Of a stretch of 64,000 bases of DNA, positions 26,889 to 36,295 are shown one piece after another. Origin of the DNA: Thermoleophilia bacterium (GTDB lineage Bacteria > Actinomycetota > Thermoleophilia > Gaiellales > JAICJC01); assembly GCA_025934255.1 (NCBI GenBank), contig JAICYJ010000005.1:3876-67875 (forward strand). Direction: 5' to 3'. The position numbers were made by a program, and so were the translations under genes. Each line of letters starts with the position of its first letter. Positions within the stretch are counted from its first letter, which is position 1. Under the pieces are notes generated by a model, which had not been told where the DNA came from, searched no databases, and saw only the letters and a list, made by a program, of their open reading frames with translations.

Positions 26889-26917
26889 GGTCTGGTAGAC
26901 AACTCATATATCAGACC
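26889..26917. promoter_or_regulatory. Imperfect inverted repeat in the divergent dmg/gntR promoter (candidate GntR operator)
   Basis: GGTCTGGTAGA-N7-TATATCAGACC; 9 of the outer 11 positions pair. Confidence 0.5.
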
Positions 26918-26918
26918 C

Positions 26919-27563
26919 ATGCAGACCCTGCAACTTCCCACCGAGCTGCTCTCCGACCGCGCCTATGCTGCCCTGCGCGACCGGCTGGTGTCGCTCGAGA
27001 TCCCACCCGGGGCGCCGATCGACGAGGAGGCGCTGACCGGCCAGCTGGGCGTCGGGCGCACGCCCGTGCGTGAGGCGATCCGGCGCCTGGCGCTGGAGCG
27101 GCTGGTGGTCGTCTACCCGCGCCGCGGCACCTTTGCAGCGGCCATCAACATCACCAGCCTGACCGACATCACCGACGTGCGGGTGCAGCTCGAGGCGCGC
27201 GCCGCCGAGCGTGCCGCGACGCTGGCCGACGCCGACGACCGCCGCGAGGCCGGCGAGCTGATCGCGAAGCTCGATGCGGCCGAGTCCGGCCAGCGGCGGC
27301 TGATCGAGCTGGACGCGGAGGTGCACCGGTTCATCTACCGCTGCTCTCGCAACCCGTACCTGGAGCAGGATCTCGATCGCTACCTGAACATGTCGCTGCG
27401 GATCTGGCACCTCACCTGGGACCGGCTGCCGCCGCTGGAGCAGCGGATGCGCGAGCACGGCGAGCTGCTGGAGGCGATCCGGCAGGGCGACCGGGAGCGG
27501 GCGCGCGAGATCGCCGCGGCGCACGTGCTGGCGTTTGCCGAGGAGATGCGGGCGGCGCTGTGA
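26919..27563 (+). CDS. GntR (FadR/FCD) family regulator
   Basis: LSDRAYAALRD, LGVGRTPVREA, PRRGTF, EHGELLEAI. Confidence 0.9.
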   Translation: MQTLQLPTELLSDRAYAALRDRLVSLEIPPGAPIDEEALTGQLGVGRTPVREAIRRLALERLVVVYPRRGTFAAAINITSLTDITDVRVQLEARAAERAATLADADDRREAGELIAKLDAAESGQRRLIELDAEVHRFIYRCSRNPYLEQDLDRYLNMSLRIWHLTWDRLPPLEQRMREHGELLEAIRQGDRERAREIAAAHVLAFAEEMRAAL

Positions 27564-28456
27564 CGCTGCAGGCGGCACCGGGCGATTGGCTCCCCGGCCG
27601 CAGGCTGCTCCTCAAGCGCGAGGACGACCACGAGCTGGGCGCGTTCAAGTGGCGGGGGGCGCTGCCGGCCGTGGAGCAGTACCGCGAGCAGGGCCACGCA
27701 TGCGTGGTCACGGCCTCGACCGGTAACCACGGCGCCGCCACCGCCTGGGCGGCCGCCCGGCACGGCATGACCGCCGTGGTGTTCGTGCCGGAGCGGGCAA
27801 GCGCCGCGAAGCTGGAGCTGCTGCTTGGCCTGGGCGCCGAGCTGGTGGTGGGGGGCGCCGACCTGGACGAGGCCAAGGCGGCGGGGATCGAGCACGCGCG
27901 GGCGCAGGGGCTGCCGTTCTTCCAGGACGGCGCGGAGCCTGCTCAGTACCGGGGCTACGGTGGCATCGCCGACGAGATCCTGGCCGAGGTGACGCCCGAT
28001 GCGGTGCTGGTGCCGGTCGGAAACGGCGCATTGCTGGCCGGGATCGGCCTGCGTCTGGGCTCGCGGTCGCCGGCCACGCGGCGGATCGGCGTGGTCGCCT
28101 CCGGTGCGCCGGTGATGGCGCGCAGCTTCGAAGCAGGCCACGCGGTGGAGTCGTCCCGAAGCGACACGTTTGCAGATGGCATGGCCGTGCGAGTGGCGAT
28201 CCCCGTCGCCGTGGAGGCGCTGGCGACCGCCGCCGACGAGATGGCCGAGGTCACCGATCGCGAGATCGCCGAGGCGGTGGGGGTGTTCGCGGAGGCCGGT
28301 ATGCGGGTCGAGGGCTCCGCGGCGGCCGCGCTGGCGGGCGCGCGCCGGCTGGACGGCCGGCTGGAGGGCGTCGTCGTCCTGATCGTGACCGGGCGCAACA
28401 TCGACGACGACCTGTGGAAGCGCGCCGTCGAGCGGCCCCAGACGTTTCCCGGCTGA
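27560..28456 (+). CDS. PLP-dependent serine/threonine dehydratase (PALP) family enzyme
   Basis: LKRE...GAFKWRG (PLP Lys), ASTGNHG, VPVGNGAL, ADGMAV, EGSAAA, TGRN. Confidence 0.82.
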   Translation: MTLQAAPGDWLPGRRLLLKREDDHELGAFKWRGALPAVEQYREQGHACVVTASTGNHGAATAWAAARHGMTAVVFVPERASAAKLELLLGLGAELVVGGADLDEAKAAGIEHARAQGLPFFQDGAEPAQYRGYGGIADEILAEVTPDAVLVPVGNGALLAGIGLRLGSRSPATRRIGVVASGAPVMARSFEAGHAVESSRSDTFADGMAVRVAIPVAVEALATAADEMAEVTDREIAEAVGVFAEAGMRVEGSAAAALAGARRLDGRLEGVVVLIVTGRNIDDDLWKRAVERPQTFPG

Positions 28457-28485
28457 CCGTCCCCGTGCCCTGCTAGCGTCGCCGC

Positions 28486-29148
28486 ATGAGAGTCGGGTCA
28501 GCCGTCATGGTCGTGGTGCTGCTGGCTCTCGTGAGCGCGTGCGGCGGTGGCTCGTCGGCGAGCGACCGCGTTGCCGCCTGCCAGCAACGCTATCGAGCCG
28601 GCCTGACCGATACCCCGGCCGCCCGCCGGGCGGTATCCCAGCTGTGCACGCAGGCCGAGCAGGCCGGCCTGCTGGACGACCACGGCGGGACGACGGCCGA
28701 CCAGCTGCGCACGCTCTTGAAGACCCACCCCGATGCGCTGTCCCCGCTCTGCCAGCTGAGCCTGCAGAGGAGCCTCGGCGCCGACACGGCGGCGGCTGCG
28801 CGCTACCTGCCGCCGGGCGGCCTCCACGCCCTCACCGCCAGGGCCTGCCAGAACCTCGGCCCGTTCCTGACCGACGACGGGCTCGACCAGCACGCGCTGT
28901 TCCGCGCCCGCGGGCGAGGGGTGCTGGTGCCGGTCTGCGTGGCCGGCTCGCTGGCGTCGCCCCACAACCAGTCGCTGCCCTACAGCAATGCCGACACGCG
29001 CAAGCTGCTGACGCGCATCTGCCAACAGGCCTGGTCGCACGGGCTACTGCACGCCGATGGATCGGTCGACTCGGCCGCGCTGGCCGCGCTGGGCACGAGG
29101 ATCAGCCGCCAGATGCTGGCGTCCGGCCAGATCACGCCTCAGCAGTAG
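28486..29148 (+). CDS. Hypothetical lipoprotein
   Basis: Hydrophobic leader with lipobox LVSAC; six further Cys; TAGCGT 6 nt before ATG. Confidence 0.6.
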   Translation: MRVGSAVMVVVLLALVSACGGGSSASDRVAACQQRYRAGLTDTPAARRAVSQLCTQAEQAGLLDDHGGTTADQLRTLLKTHPDALSPLCQLSLQRSLGADTAAAARYLPPGGLHALTARACQNLGPFLTDDGLDQHALFRARGRGVLVPVCVAGSLASPHNQSLPYSNADTRKLLTRICQQAWSHGLLHADGSVDSAALAALGTRISRQMLASGQITPQQ

Positions 29149-29153
29149 ACCTG

Positions 29154-29411
29154 CTAGCGCACCAGCTCCGGCTGGAACTTGCTGACCTCGACGATCTTGT
29201 CGACCGGCACGTTGGCGCGCTTGGCTGCGGTGATGATCTGATCCGGCGACGGCGCCTCATACAGGCAGTACGACCTGCGGCGGTCGGCGCTCAGAAAGGA
29301 GAACAGCCAGTTCACACCCTCATCGGCGTTGATGTCCTCGATCACGCGCACGTCCTCGCCGGTCAGGTCGAGCTGCTCCGCGAAGCTCCGTTCGATCAAA
29401 AACAGTGCCAT
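29154..29411 (-). CDS. DUF4242 domain protein
   Basis: FLIER, GVNWLFS, YCLYEAPSPDQI, ANVPVDKIVEV. Confidence 0.78.
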   Translation of the reverse strand: MALFLIERSFAEQLDLTGEDVRVIEDINADEGVNWLFSFLSADRRRSYCLYEAPSPDQIITAAKRANVPVDKIVEVSKFQPELVR

Positions 29412-29433
29412 CCGCCCCCGCTTCTGGTTGGAC

Positions 29434-32418
29434 TCACCCGCGCTCCGTCAGGCCGCGCGTGTGCGCATAGCTTGCCGCTTCGGTGCGGTTCGCGCAACCG
29501 GTCTTACGCAGAATGCTGCGTACGTGGTTTGCAGCCGTGTGCTCGCTGATGTGCAGCGCCCGCCCGATCTCCCGGTTCGACCGGCCCTGCGCGACCAGCC
29601 GCAGGATCTCGGCTTCACGCCCGGACAGGCCGTCGGGCAGCCGCGACACCGCCGGCCCGGCCGGCAGCAGCCCGCGGATGCGGCCGAGCAGGGCCGGCAT
29701 CCCGATCCGCTCGGCCAGGTCGGACGCCTCCGCCAGCGCCGCCTGTGCGGCCGGCTCGCCGGCCCGGCCCTGCGCACCCAGCGTGCGCGCGTACTCGTAG
29801 TCCGAGTGCGCCAGCCAGGTGATCGCGCCCATGTCGCGGTTGTAGTCGATCGCCCGCTGCAGGTGCAGCTCCGCCAGCTCCAGCTCACCGTAGGCGGCCG
29901 CCAGTGTGCCCAGGTATCGCTCGGACGAGCCGTAGCAGGCCACGCCGTGGCCGATCATCACGTTCCGCTCCGCGATCGACAGCAGCTCCCGGTACACCTG
30001 CTGCGACAGGTCGGCGTCGCCCACGGCCACGCAGGCGTCGGCGATGTAGGTCAGCGACCCCACCCACAGCGCGTGCCTGTAGACGCCGAGGCCGTCGCTC
30101 TGGATCAGCGCCAGCTGGGCGCGCGCCTCGTCCAGCATCCCCAGCTCGGCCGTGAGCGCCGCCAGCCCGGGGCGCCACGACCCGCCGCGGCGGTCGCCGC
30201 CCGCCAGCACCCGCACCACCGGCGCCAGCTCGGCCAGCCGTCCCTGCTCGCGGCGGATGCTGAACATCTGCACGCCGTAGACCCCGGATGCGTCGCGCCC
30301 CGTCAGCAGCCGGCTCCACTCGCGTGAGCGCTCGGCCGCCTCCTCCGCCTCGGCCAGACGTCCCTCGCAGAGCGCGATCGCCGAGCGGTAGTGCTCGGCC
30401 ACGTGGATGATGAACGGCTGGTGCATGCGCCGCGAGATCTCCAGCACCTCGGCCAGCTCGCGGCCGGCGGTGCGCAGGTCGCCCTTGCCGATCAGCGCCG
30501 TGATCCGCCACTCGGCGGCCTCCGCCTGCGACTCGATGTCGCCCAGCTCCTCGGCGATGGTGCGGGCCTCGGCCAGCATCTCCAGCACCTCGTCGTGGGT
30601 GCTGGAGCCGCGTGCCCAGTAGCTGCGCATCAGCACCACGGACAGGCCGGGGCGGTAGTCGATCCGCCGTGCGATCGCGATCGCCTCGTCCCGCAGCTCG
30701 GCGCTGGGCTCCGACTCCCCCACCAGCGCGCGCGCCCGCGCCAGCCCCGACAGCAGCAGCACGCGCATCGTCGAGTCGCCGGGATCGAGCGCCGCCAGCG
30801 CCTCCTCCAGCAGCTCGATCGCGCCCTCGTCGAGCATCGCCACACGCCAGCAGGCGGTCTCCACCCCGATCGCGGCGCGCGCCAGCAGATCCGGATTGTG
30901 GAGCCGCCGCGCCGTCTCGGCGGCCGCCTGGAACGCCTCCAGGGAGTCGCCGGACTGGCCGGCCCGGTAGTGGGCGGCCCCCAGCTCCAGCTCGATCTCG
31001 GCGTGCGCGGTCTCGTTGTCGACGCCCAGCTCGAGCGCCGTTCGCAGCGGTCCCACAGCCTCGCCGAACGCCAGCGCGGCATTGGCTGCGTCGGCCGCCC
31101 GCAGGTTGTACTCGACCGCCCGCTGGGGACCGTCGATGGGCGCGGCCGCGGCGAAGTGGTGGGCGAGGTCGGCCAGTCCGCGCGCCGTGTCGGCGGCGCC
31201 GGATGCCTCCATCGACTCGGCCACCTGCAGGTGCAGCTCCGCCCGGCGCAGGCCCGCCAGCCGGTCGTACAGGGCGCGGCGCACGAGCTCGTGAGAGAAC
31301 CGGTAGCGCAGCTGCCTGGCCGGGATCTCCTCGATCATGCCGCTGCGCAGCGACTGCTCCAGCGCGGCCGACAGCCTGGCGTCGGTGAACCCGCCGCCGC
31401 GCAGCACGGACAGGTCGAACTCGGGCCCCGTCACCGCGGCCAGCTCCAGCACCAGTGCCGTCTCCGGCTGCAGCCGCGCCAGCCGCTGGTTGACCACCTC
31501 GCGCACGCTCTCGGGTGTGCCCAGCGCGCTCAGCGGCCGGGTCAGGATGGCGACGCCGTCCACGATCTCGAGCGCTCCTGTCTCCACCAGCTCCCGCCAG
31601 AGCTCCGTGACCAGGAACACGTTGCCCTGGGTGAGGCTGGTGATGGCGCCCGCCAGCTCCGGCAGCGCCGGGCCCAGCGGCGCCCCGGCCGCGCGCTCGA
31701 CGAACTCCGAGACCTGCTCGCCCGTGAGCGCGCCGACCCGCACCCGCACCACGCCCTCCGAGCGCCGCATGTCGATCAGCGCCTCCGACAGCTCGGCCGG
31801 CACGTCCGCCTCGGTGTCGCGGAACGTGGCCACCAGCAGCATGCGCGCCTCGCTGGCTCCCGCCGCGAGGTGCCGTAGCAGCAGCAGCGTCGGGGTGTCC
31901 GCCCAGTGGCCGTCCTCGAACACGAGCAGCAGCGGTCGCCGGCGGCCGGCCGCCACCAGCAGGTCGCTGACGGCCGCGTTCAGGCGATGCCGCTCGGTGT
32001 CCTGGTCGGCCACGACCGGCTCCGGCAGGTCGCCGACGTGGCTGCGCAGGTCCGGCAGCAACCGCGTCAGCTCGCCCCCGGCCGGCCCCAGGTCGTCGCG
32101 CAGCTCGGCCGGATCGCTGGCCCGCACCAGCTGGTCGAGCGCCTCCACGAACGGCCGGTAGGGGGTGCGCACCACGGCGTCGCAGGCGCCGTACAGCACC
32201 AGTGCGCCCTCCTTCGCGGCCTGGTGGGCGATCTCGCGCACCAGCCTGCTCTTGCCCGACCCGGGCTCGCCGCCGACCAGGGCGATGCGGCGGCCCTCGC
32301 TCTGCGCGCGCGGCAGCAGCGACCGCAGCGTGGCCATCTCGCGGGGGCGGTCCACGAACGGAAAGGACGGCTGCAGGCGCAGCGGCCCGGGCAGCGCGGA
32401 GTGGGCGATGACGTCCAT
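29434..32418 (-). CDS. Large ATP-binding LuxR-family regulator (AAA ATPase + TPR-like + LuxR HTH)
   Basis: GEPGSGKSRL Walker A, FEDGHWAD Walker B, GNVFL, LSGREAEIL...SNREIG...HVRSILRK. Confidence 0.88.
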   Translation of the reverse strand: MDVIAHSALPGPLRLQPSFPFVDRPREMATLRSLLPRAQSEGRRIALVGGEPGSGKSRLVREIAHQAAKEGALVLYGACDAVVRTPYRPFVEALDQLVRASDPAELRDDLGPAGGELTRLLPDLRSHVGDLPEPVVADQDTERHRLNAAVSDLLVAAGRRRPLLLVFEDGHWADTPTLLLLRHLAAGASEARMLLVATFRDTEADVPAELSEALIDMRRSEGVVRVRVGALTGEQVSEFVERAAGAPLGPALPELAGAITSLTQGNVFLVTELWRELVETGALEIVDGVAILTRPLSALGTPESVREVVNQRLARLQPETALVLELAAVTGPEFDLSVLRGGGFTDARLSAALEQSLRSGMIEEIPARQLRYRFSHELVRRALYDRLAGLRRAELHLQVAESMEASGAADTARGLADLAHHFAAAAPIDGPQRAVEYNLRAADAANAALAFGEAVGPLRTALELGVDNETAHAEIELELGAAHYRAGQSGDSLEAFQAAAETARRLHNPDLLARAAIGVETACWRVAMLDEGAIELLEEALAALDPGDSTMRVLLLSGLARARALVGESEPSAELRDEAIAIARRIDYRPGLSVVLMRSYWARGSSTHDEVLEMLAEARTIAEELGDIESQAEAAEWRITALIGKGDLRTAGRELAEVLEISRRMHQPFIIHVAEHYRSAIALCEGRLAEAEEAAERSREWSRLLTGRDASGVYGVQMFSIRREQGRLAELAPVVRVLAGGDRRGGSWRPGLAALTAELGMLDEARAQLALIQSDGLGVYRHALWVGSLTYIADACVAVGDADLSQQVYRELLSIAERNVMIGHGVACYGSSERYLGTLAAAYGELELAELHLQRAIDYNRDMGAITWLAHSDYEYARTLGAQGRAGEPAAQAALAEASDLAERIGMPALLGRIRGLLPAGPAVSRLPDGLSGREAEILRLVAQGRSNREIGRALHISEHTAANHVRSILRKTGCANRTEAASYAHTRGLTERG

Positions 32419-32549
32419 AGTCAGGATTGATCATCGTACTCGGCGAATACATGCGCACGAAGTGGATCAATCCCGGTCATGCGATCCCCTACCACCTTCG
32501 GTACCGTCGGCCTCCATAGGCACAAGCGATACAGACCATCGGAGGTCAC

Positions 32550-33944
32550 ATGAGCACGATCGCAACACTTGCCGCGGAGGCTCGCTCGGCACTGGCCGGC
32601 AGCTTCAACGGCACCCTGACGGGGCCGGACGACGCCGGATACGACGAGGCGCGCTCGGTCTACAACGCGATGATCGACCGGCGGCCGGCCCTCGTGGCCC
32701 GCTGCACCTCGGCCGCCGACGTGGCGGCCGTGATCGGCTTCGCCCGCTCGCAGAACGCGCTGATCGCGGTCCGCGGCGGCGGCCACAACGGCGGCGGCCT
32801 GGGCGTCTGTGATGACGGCGTGGTCATCGACCTGGCCGGGATCAACAACACCGACGTCGATGCCGCAGCCCGCACGGTGCGGGTCGGCGGCGGCTGCGTC
32901 TGGAAGGACGTCGACGCCGCCACGCACGAGGCCGGCGGCACCGTGCCTTGCGGCATCATCGGCACCACCGGCGTCGGCGGCCTGACCCTGGGCGGCGGGA
33001 TCGGGCACATCGCCCGCTCCGGCGGCCTCACCATCGACAACCTGCTCGAGGCCGAGGTCGTTCTCGCCGACGGCTCGATCGTGCGCGCATCGGCCGACGA
33101 GAACCCGGAGCTGTTCTGGGCGCTCCGCGGCGGCGGCGGCAACTTCGGCGTGGTCACGGCGTTCACGTTCAGGATGCAGCCGGTGAGTATGGTCGTGGCT
33201 GGTCCCACCTTCTGGTCGCTGGACGACGCGGCGGCCGTGATGCGGGCCTACCGGGAGTTCCTCCCGGCGGCGCCGCGCGAGCTGAACGGTTGGTTCGCGT
33301 TCGTGACCGTGCCGCCCGTGCCGGTGTTCCCCGAGGAGCTGCACGGCCGCAAGATGGCGGCCATCGTGTGGTGCCACACGGGCAGCGAGCAGGAGGCCGC
33401 GGCGGCGATGGCGCCGATGCTGGACGCGGTCGAGCCTGTGCTGCACGCGGCCGGCCCGATGCCGTTCCCGGTGCTGAACGGGTTCTTCGACGCGCTCTAT
33501 CCGAAGGGCGACCAGTGGTACTGGCGGGCCGACTTCGTGCGCGAGCTGCCTGACGCCGCCATCGAGCAGCACGTCAGGTTCGCGAACGAGATGCGCCCCG
33601 GCCAGTCGACCATGCACATGTATCCGATCGACGGAGCCGTGCATGACGTCGGCTCGGGTGACACGGCCTTCAGCTACCGCGACGTCACCTGGGCGCAGGT
33701 GATCGTGGGCGTCGACCCCGATCCCGCCAACGCCGAGGCGATCAAGCAGTGGACGATCGACTACTGGGATGCCACGCACCCCTACTCGGCCGGCGGCGCC
33801 TACGTCAACTTCATGATGGACGAAGGCCAGGAGCGGGTGAGGGCCACGTACCGGGACAACTACGACCGGCTGGCCCGCGCCAAGGCGCAGTACGACCCGG
33901 ACAACGTGTTCCGGGTCAACCAGAACATCAAGCCCGCAAGCTGA
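32550..33944 (+). CDS. FAD-binding oxidoreductase, berberine-bridge/6-hydroxy-D-nicotine oxidase-like
   Basis: RGGGHN (covalent-FAD His), GLTLGGG, WALRGGGGNFGVVT, YVNF...YDPDNVFR; GGAGG RBS. Confidence 0.9.
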   Translation: MSTIATLAAEARSALAGSFNGTLTGPDDAGYDEARSVYNAMIDRRPALVARCTSAADVAAVIGFARSQNALIAVRGGGHNGGGLGVCDDGVVIDLAGINNTDVDAAARTVRVGGGCVWKDVDAATHEAGGTVPCGIIGTTGVGGLTLGGGIGHIARSGGLTIDNLLEAEVVLADGSIVRASADENPELFWALRGGGGNFGVVTAFTFRMQPVSMVVAGPTFWSLDDAAAVMRAYREFLPAAPRELNGWFAFVTVPPVPVFPEELHGRKMAAIVWCHTGSEQEAAAAMAPMLDAVEPVLHAAGPMPFPVLNGFFDALYPKGDQWYWRADFVRELPDAAIEQHVRFANEMRPGQSTMHMYPIDGAVHDVGSGDTAFSYRDVTWAQVIVGVDPDPANAEAIKQWTIDYWDATHPYSAGGAYVNFMMDEGQERVRATYRDNYDRLARAKAQYDPDNVFRVNQNIKPAS

Positions 33945-33955
33945 GGGCAGGCCGT

Positions 33956-33986
33956 GGCCGGGGGGTGCGTCGGGCACCTTCCGGCC
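33956..33986 (+). terminator. Stem-loop after the FAD oxidase gene
   Basis: GGCCGGGGGGTGC-GTCGG-GCACCTTCCGGCC (two G-U pairs). Confidence 0.45.
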
Positions 33987-34003
33987 CTCGGTACCCTCCA
34001 ACC

Positions 34004-35068
34004 ATGGATCCCCAGCCAGCCGGCATCAGCCGCGAGGAGCTGCAGCTCGCCGCCCGCAACCACGGCATGCCGCTGGAGGCGCTGCGGCATGAGATCACTC
34101 CGGTGGGCCTGCACTACCTGCTGGTGCACTACGACATCCCGGCGGTGGGCGAGGAGTGGAGGCTGCGGGTGGACGGCCGCGTGCGGCGTCCGCTGGAGCT
34201 GGGTCTGGACGCCGTCCGCGCCCTCCCGTCAGTGACCCAGCCGGTCACGATGGAGTGCGCCGGCAACGGCCGCGCGGCCATGGAGCCGCACGTGACCAGC
34301 CAGCCGTGGATCCTGGAGGCGGTGGGCACCGGTGAGTGGACGGGCACGCCGCTGGCGCCGCTGCTGGAGCAGGCCGGCCTGCTGGACGACGCCGTCGAGA
34401 TCGTGTTCGAGGGCCTCGATCGCGGCCTGGAGGGCGGCGATGAGCAGACCTACGGGCGCAGCCTCACCATCGAGCAGGCGGTCGAGGACGGCGCGATCCT
34501 CGCCTACGAGCTGAACGGCGCGCCGCTGCCGTCGCAGCACGGCTACCCGCTGCGGCTGGTGGTGCCGGGCTGGTACGGCATGACCAACGTCAAGTGGCTG
34601 TCATCGATCACGGCCGTCAGCGAGCCGTTCGCGGGCTACCAGCAGGCGCAGTCCTACCGCTGGCGCCGGGAGGAGCACGAGGCCGGCCGGCCGGTCACGC
34701 GCATGATGCCGCGGGCGCTGATGGCGCCGCCCGGTATCCCCGAGTTTCTGAGCCGCGAGCGCACCGTTTCCGCCGGCCAGCCGGTTGCGGTGCAGGGGCG
34801 GGCCTGGTCGGGGTGGGGGCCGATCGAGCTGGTCGAGTTCTCGGCCGACGGAGGCGACAGCTGGCGGGCGGCGGAGCTGGGCGAGCAGGCCGGCCCGCAC
34901 GTCTGGCGCGGCTGGTCGGTCAACTGGCAGCCGGCCGGGGCAGGTCGCTACGAGCTGTGCTGCCGCGCCACCGACGCGACCGGCGCCTCCCAGCCGCTGC
35001 ACCCGGAGTGGAACCTGGGCGGCTACGAGAACAACGCCGTTCAGCGCGTCCCCGTGACTGCTAGATAG
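34004..35068 (+). CDS. Sulfite oxidase family molybdopterin enzyme
   Basis: HYLLVH, MECAGNGR (Mo-Cys), HGYPLRLVVPGWYG, VKWL, C-terminal dimerisation domain. Confidence 0.88.
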   Translation: MDPQPAGISREELQLAARNHGMPLEALRHEITPVGLHYLLVHYDIPAVGEEWRLRVDGRVRRPLELGLDAVRALPSVTQPVTMECAGNGRAAMEPHVTSQPWILEAVGTGEWTGTPLAPLLEQAGLLDDAVEIVFEGLDRGLEGGDEQTYGRSLTIEQAVEDGAILAYELNGAPLPSQHGYPLRLVVPGWYGMTNVKWLSSITAVSEPFAGYQQAQSYRWRREEHEAGRPVTRMMPRALMAPPGIPEFLSRERTVSAGQPVAVQGRAWSGWGPIELVEFSADGGDSWRAAELGEQAGPHVWRGWSVNWQPAGAGRYELCCRATDATGASQPLHPEWNLGGYENNAVQRVPVTAR

Positions 35069-36248
35069 CCTCGCCGGTGTCCCGGTCGAAGAAGTGCAGC
35101 CGGCGGTTGTCCACCTGCAGCGTGATCGGCTGTCCCCGCTGAGCTGACGTGCGCGGGTTCAGCCGCGCCACGAACGAGGTCTGCGCGCCGCCGTCGACCT
35201 CGGGCAGCAGCTCGGCGTCCGCAGCGAGGTCGATCGTATCGTCGGTGATCACCGGCGGGGCTTCCACGCCGAAGTGCACGTAGACCTCCGAGCCCATCGC
35301 CTCGCGAATGTCGACGACCACCCGGATGTCAGACCCCTCCAGGCGGTCGTTGATGAACTGCGGATCCTCGATGTCCTCCGGCCGGATGCCCAGCACCACC
35401 CTGCTGCCGTCCCGGGCGGCCAGCGCCGGCCGCTGCTGGAAGGTCTCCTCGGGCACGCGCAGGCTGGTGCCGGCGAACTCGACCGAGCCGCCGCCCTCGG
35501 AGCGGCGCAGCACCACGTCGACCATGTTCATGGCGGGCGAGCCGATGAACCCGGCCACGAACAGGTTGGCGGGGCGGTCGTACATGTCCTGCGGAGCATC
35601 CACCTGCTGCAGCACGCCGCGGTTCATCACGGCCACCCTGTCGCCCATGGTCATGGCCTCGGTCTGGTCGTGGGTGACGTAGATCATGGTCGTGCCCAGG
35701 TCGCGCTGGATCCGCGAGATCTCGGTGCGCATCTGCACGCGCAGCTTGGCATCCAGGTTCGACAGCGGCTCGTCCATCAGGAACGCCTGCGGCTCGCGCA
35801 CGATCGCGCGGCCCATCGCCACCCGCTGCCGCTGGCCACCCGACAGCGCCCGCGGCTTCTTCGTGAGCTGATCCTCCAGCCCCAGCGTCCTCGCCGTCTC
35901 GCGCACGCGGCGGTCGATCTCCTTGCGCGGCACCTTGCGCAGCTTCAGTCCGAAGGCCATGTTGTCGTAGCAGGTCATGTGCGGGTAGAGGGCGTAGTTC
36001 TGGAACACCATCGCCAGGTCGCGGTTCTTGGCCTCCACGTCGTTGATGACGGCGTCTCCCAGGCGGATGCTGCCGCCGGTGATCTCCTCCAGCCCCGCCA
36101 CCATCCGCAGCAGCGTGGTCTTGCCGCAGCCGGAGGGGCCGACCAGCACCATCAGCGTGCCGTCGTCGATCGTGAGATCGACGGCGCGCACGGCCTCCGT
36201 GCCGTCCTCGTAGACCTTGGTCACCTCGTCGAAGCCGATCTGCGCCAT
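35061..36248 (-). CDS. Sugar ABC transporter ATP-binding protein (MsiK/MsmK/UgpC-like), orphan
   Basis: GPSGCGKT, VFQNYALYPHM, LSGGQRQR, MDEPLSNLDAKLR, TOBE-like C-terminus. Confidence 0.9.
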   Translation of the reverse strand: MAQIGFDEVTKVYEDGTEAVRAVDLTIDDGTLMVLVGPSGCGKTTLLRMVAGLEEITGGSIRLGDAVINDVEAKNRDLAMVFQNYALYPHMTCYDNMAFGLKLRKVPRKEIDRRVRETARTLGLEDQLTKKPRALSGGQRQRVAMGRAIVREPQAFLMDEPLSNLDAKLRVQMRTEISRIQRDLGTTMIYVTHDQTEAMTMGDRVAVMNRGVLQQVDAPQDMYDRPANLFVAGFIGSPAMNMVDVVLRRSEGGGSVEFAGTSLRVPEETFQQRPALAARDGSRVVLGIRPEDIEDPQFINDRLEGSDIRVVVDIREAMGSEVYVHFGVEAPPVITDDTIDLAADAELLPEVDGGAQTSFVARLNPRTSAQRGQPITLQVDNRRLHFFDRDTGEAI

Positions 36249-36295
36249 TGAGCCCCCATAATACGGTCGCACCGAGTCCACCAGGAGGAGCAGCG

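Noticed and set aside
24469-26898. Very long antisense or alternative-frame ORFs (e.g. 24469-26898+, 5857-7167-, 17300-19195-, 29885-32470-, 54973-56925+)
   Set aside because: They shadow well-supported genes, are Arg/Gly/Pro/Ala-rich with no motifs, and are expected in high-GC DNA where stops are scarce.
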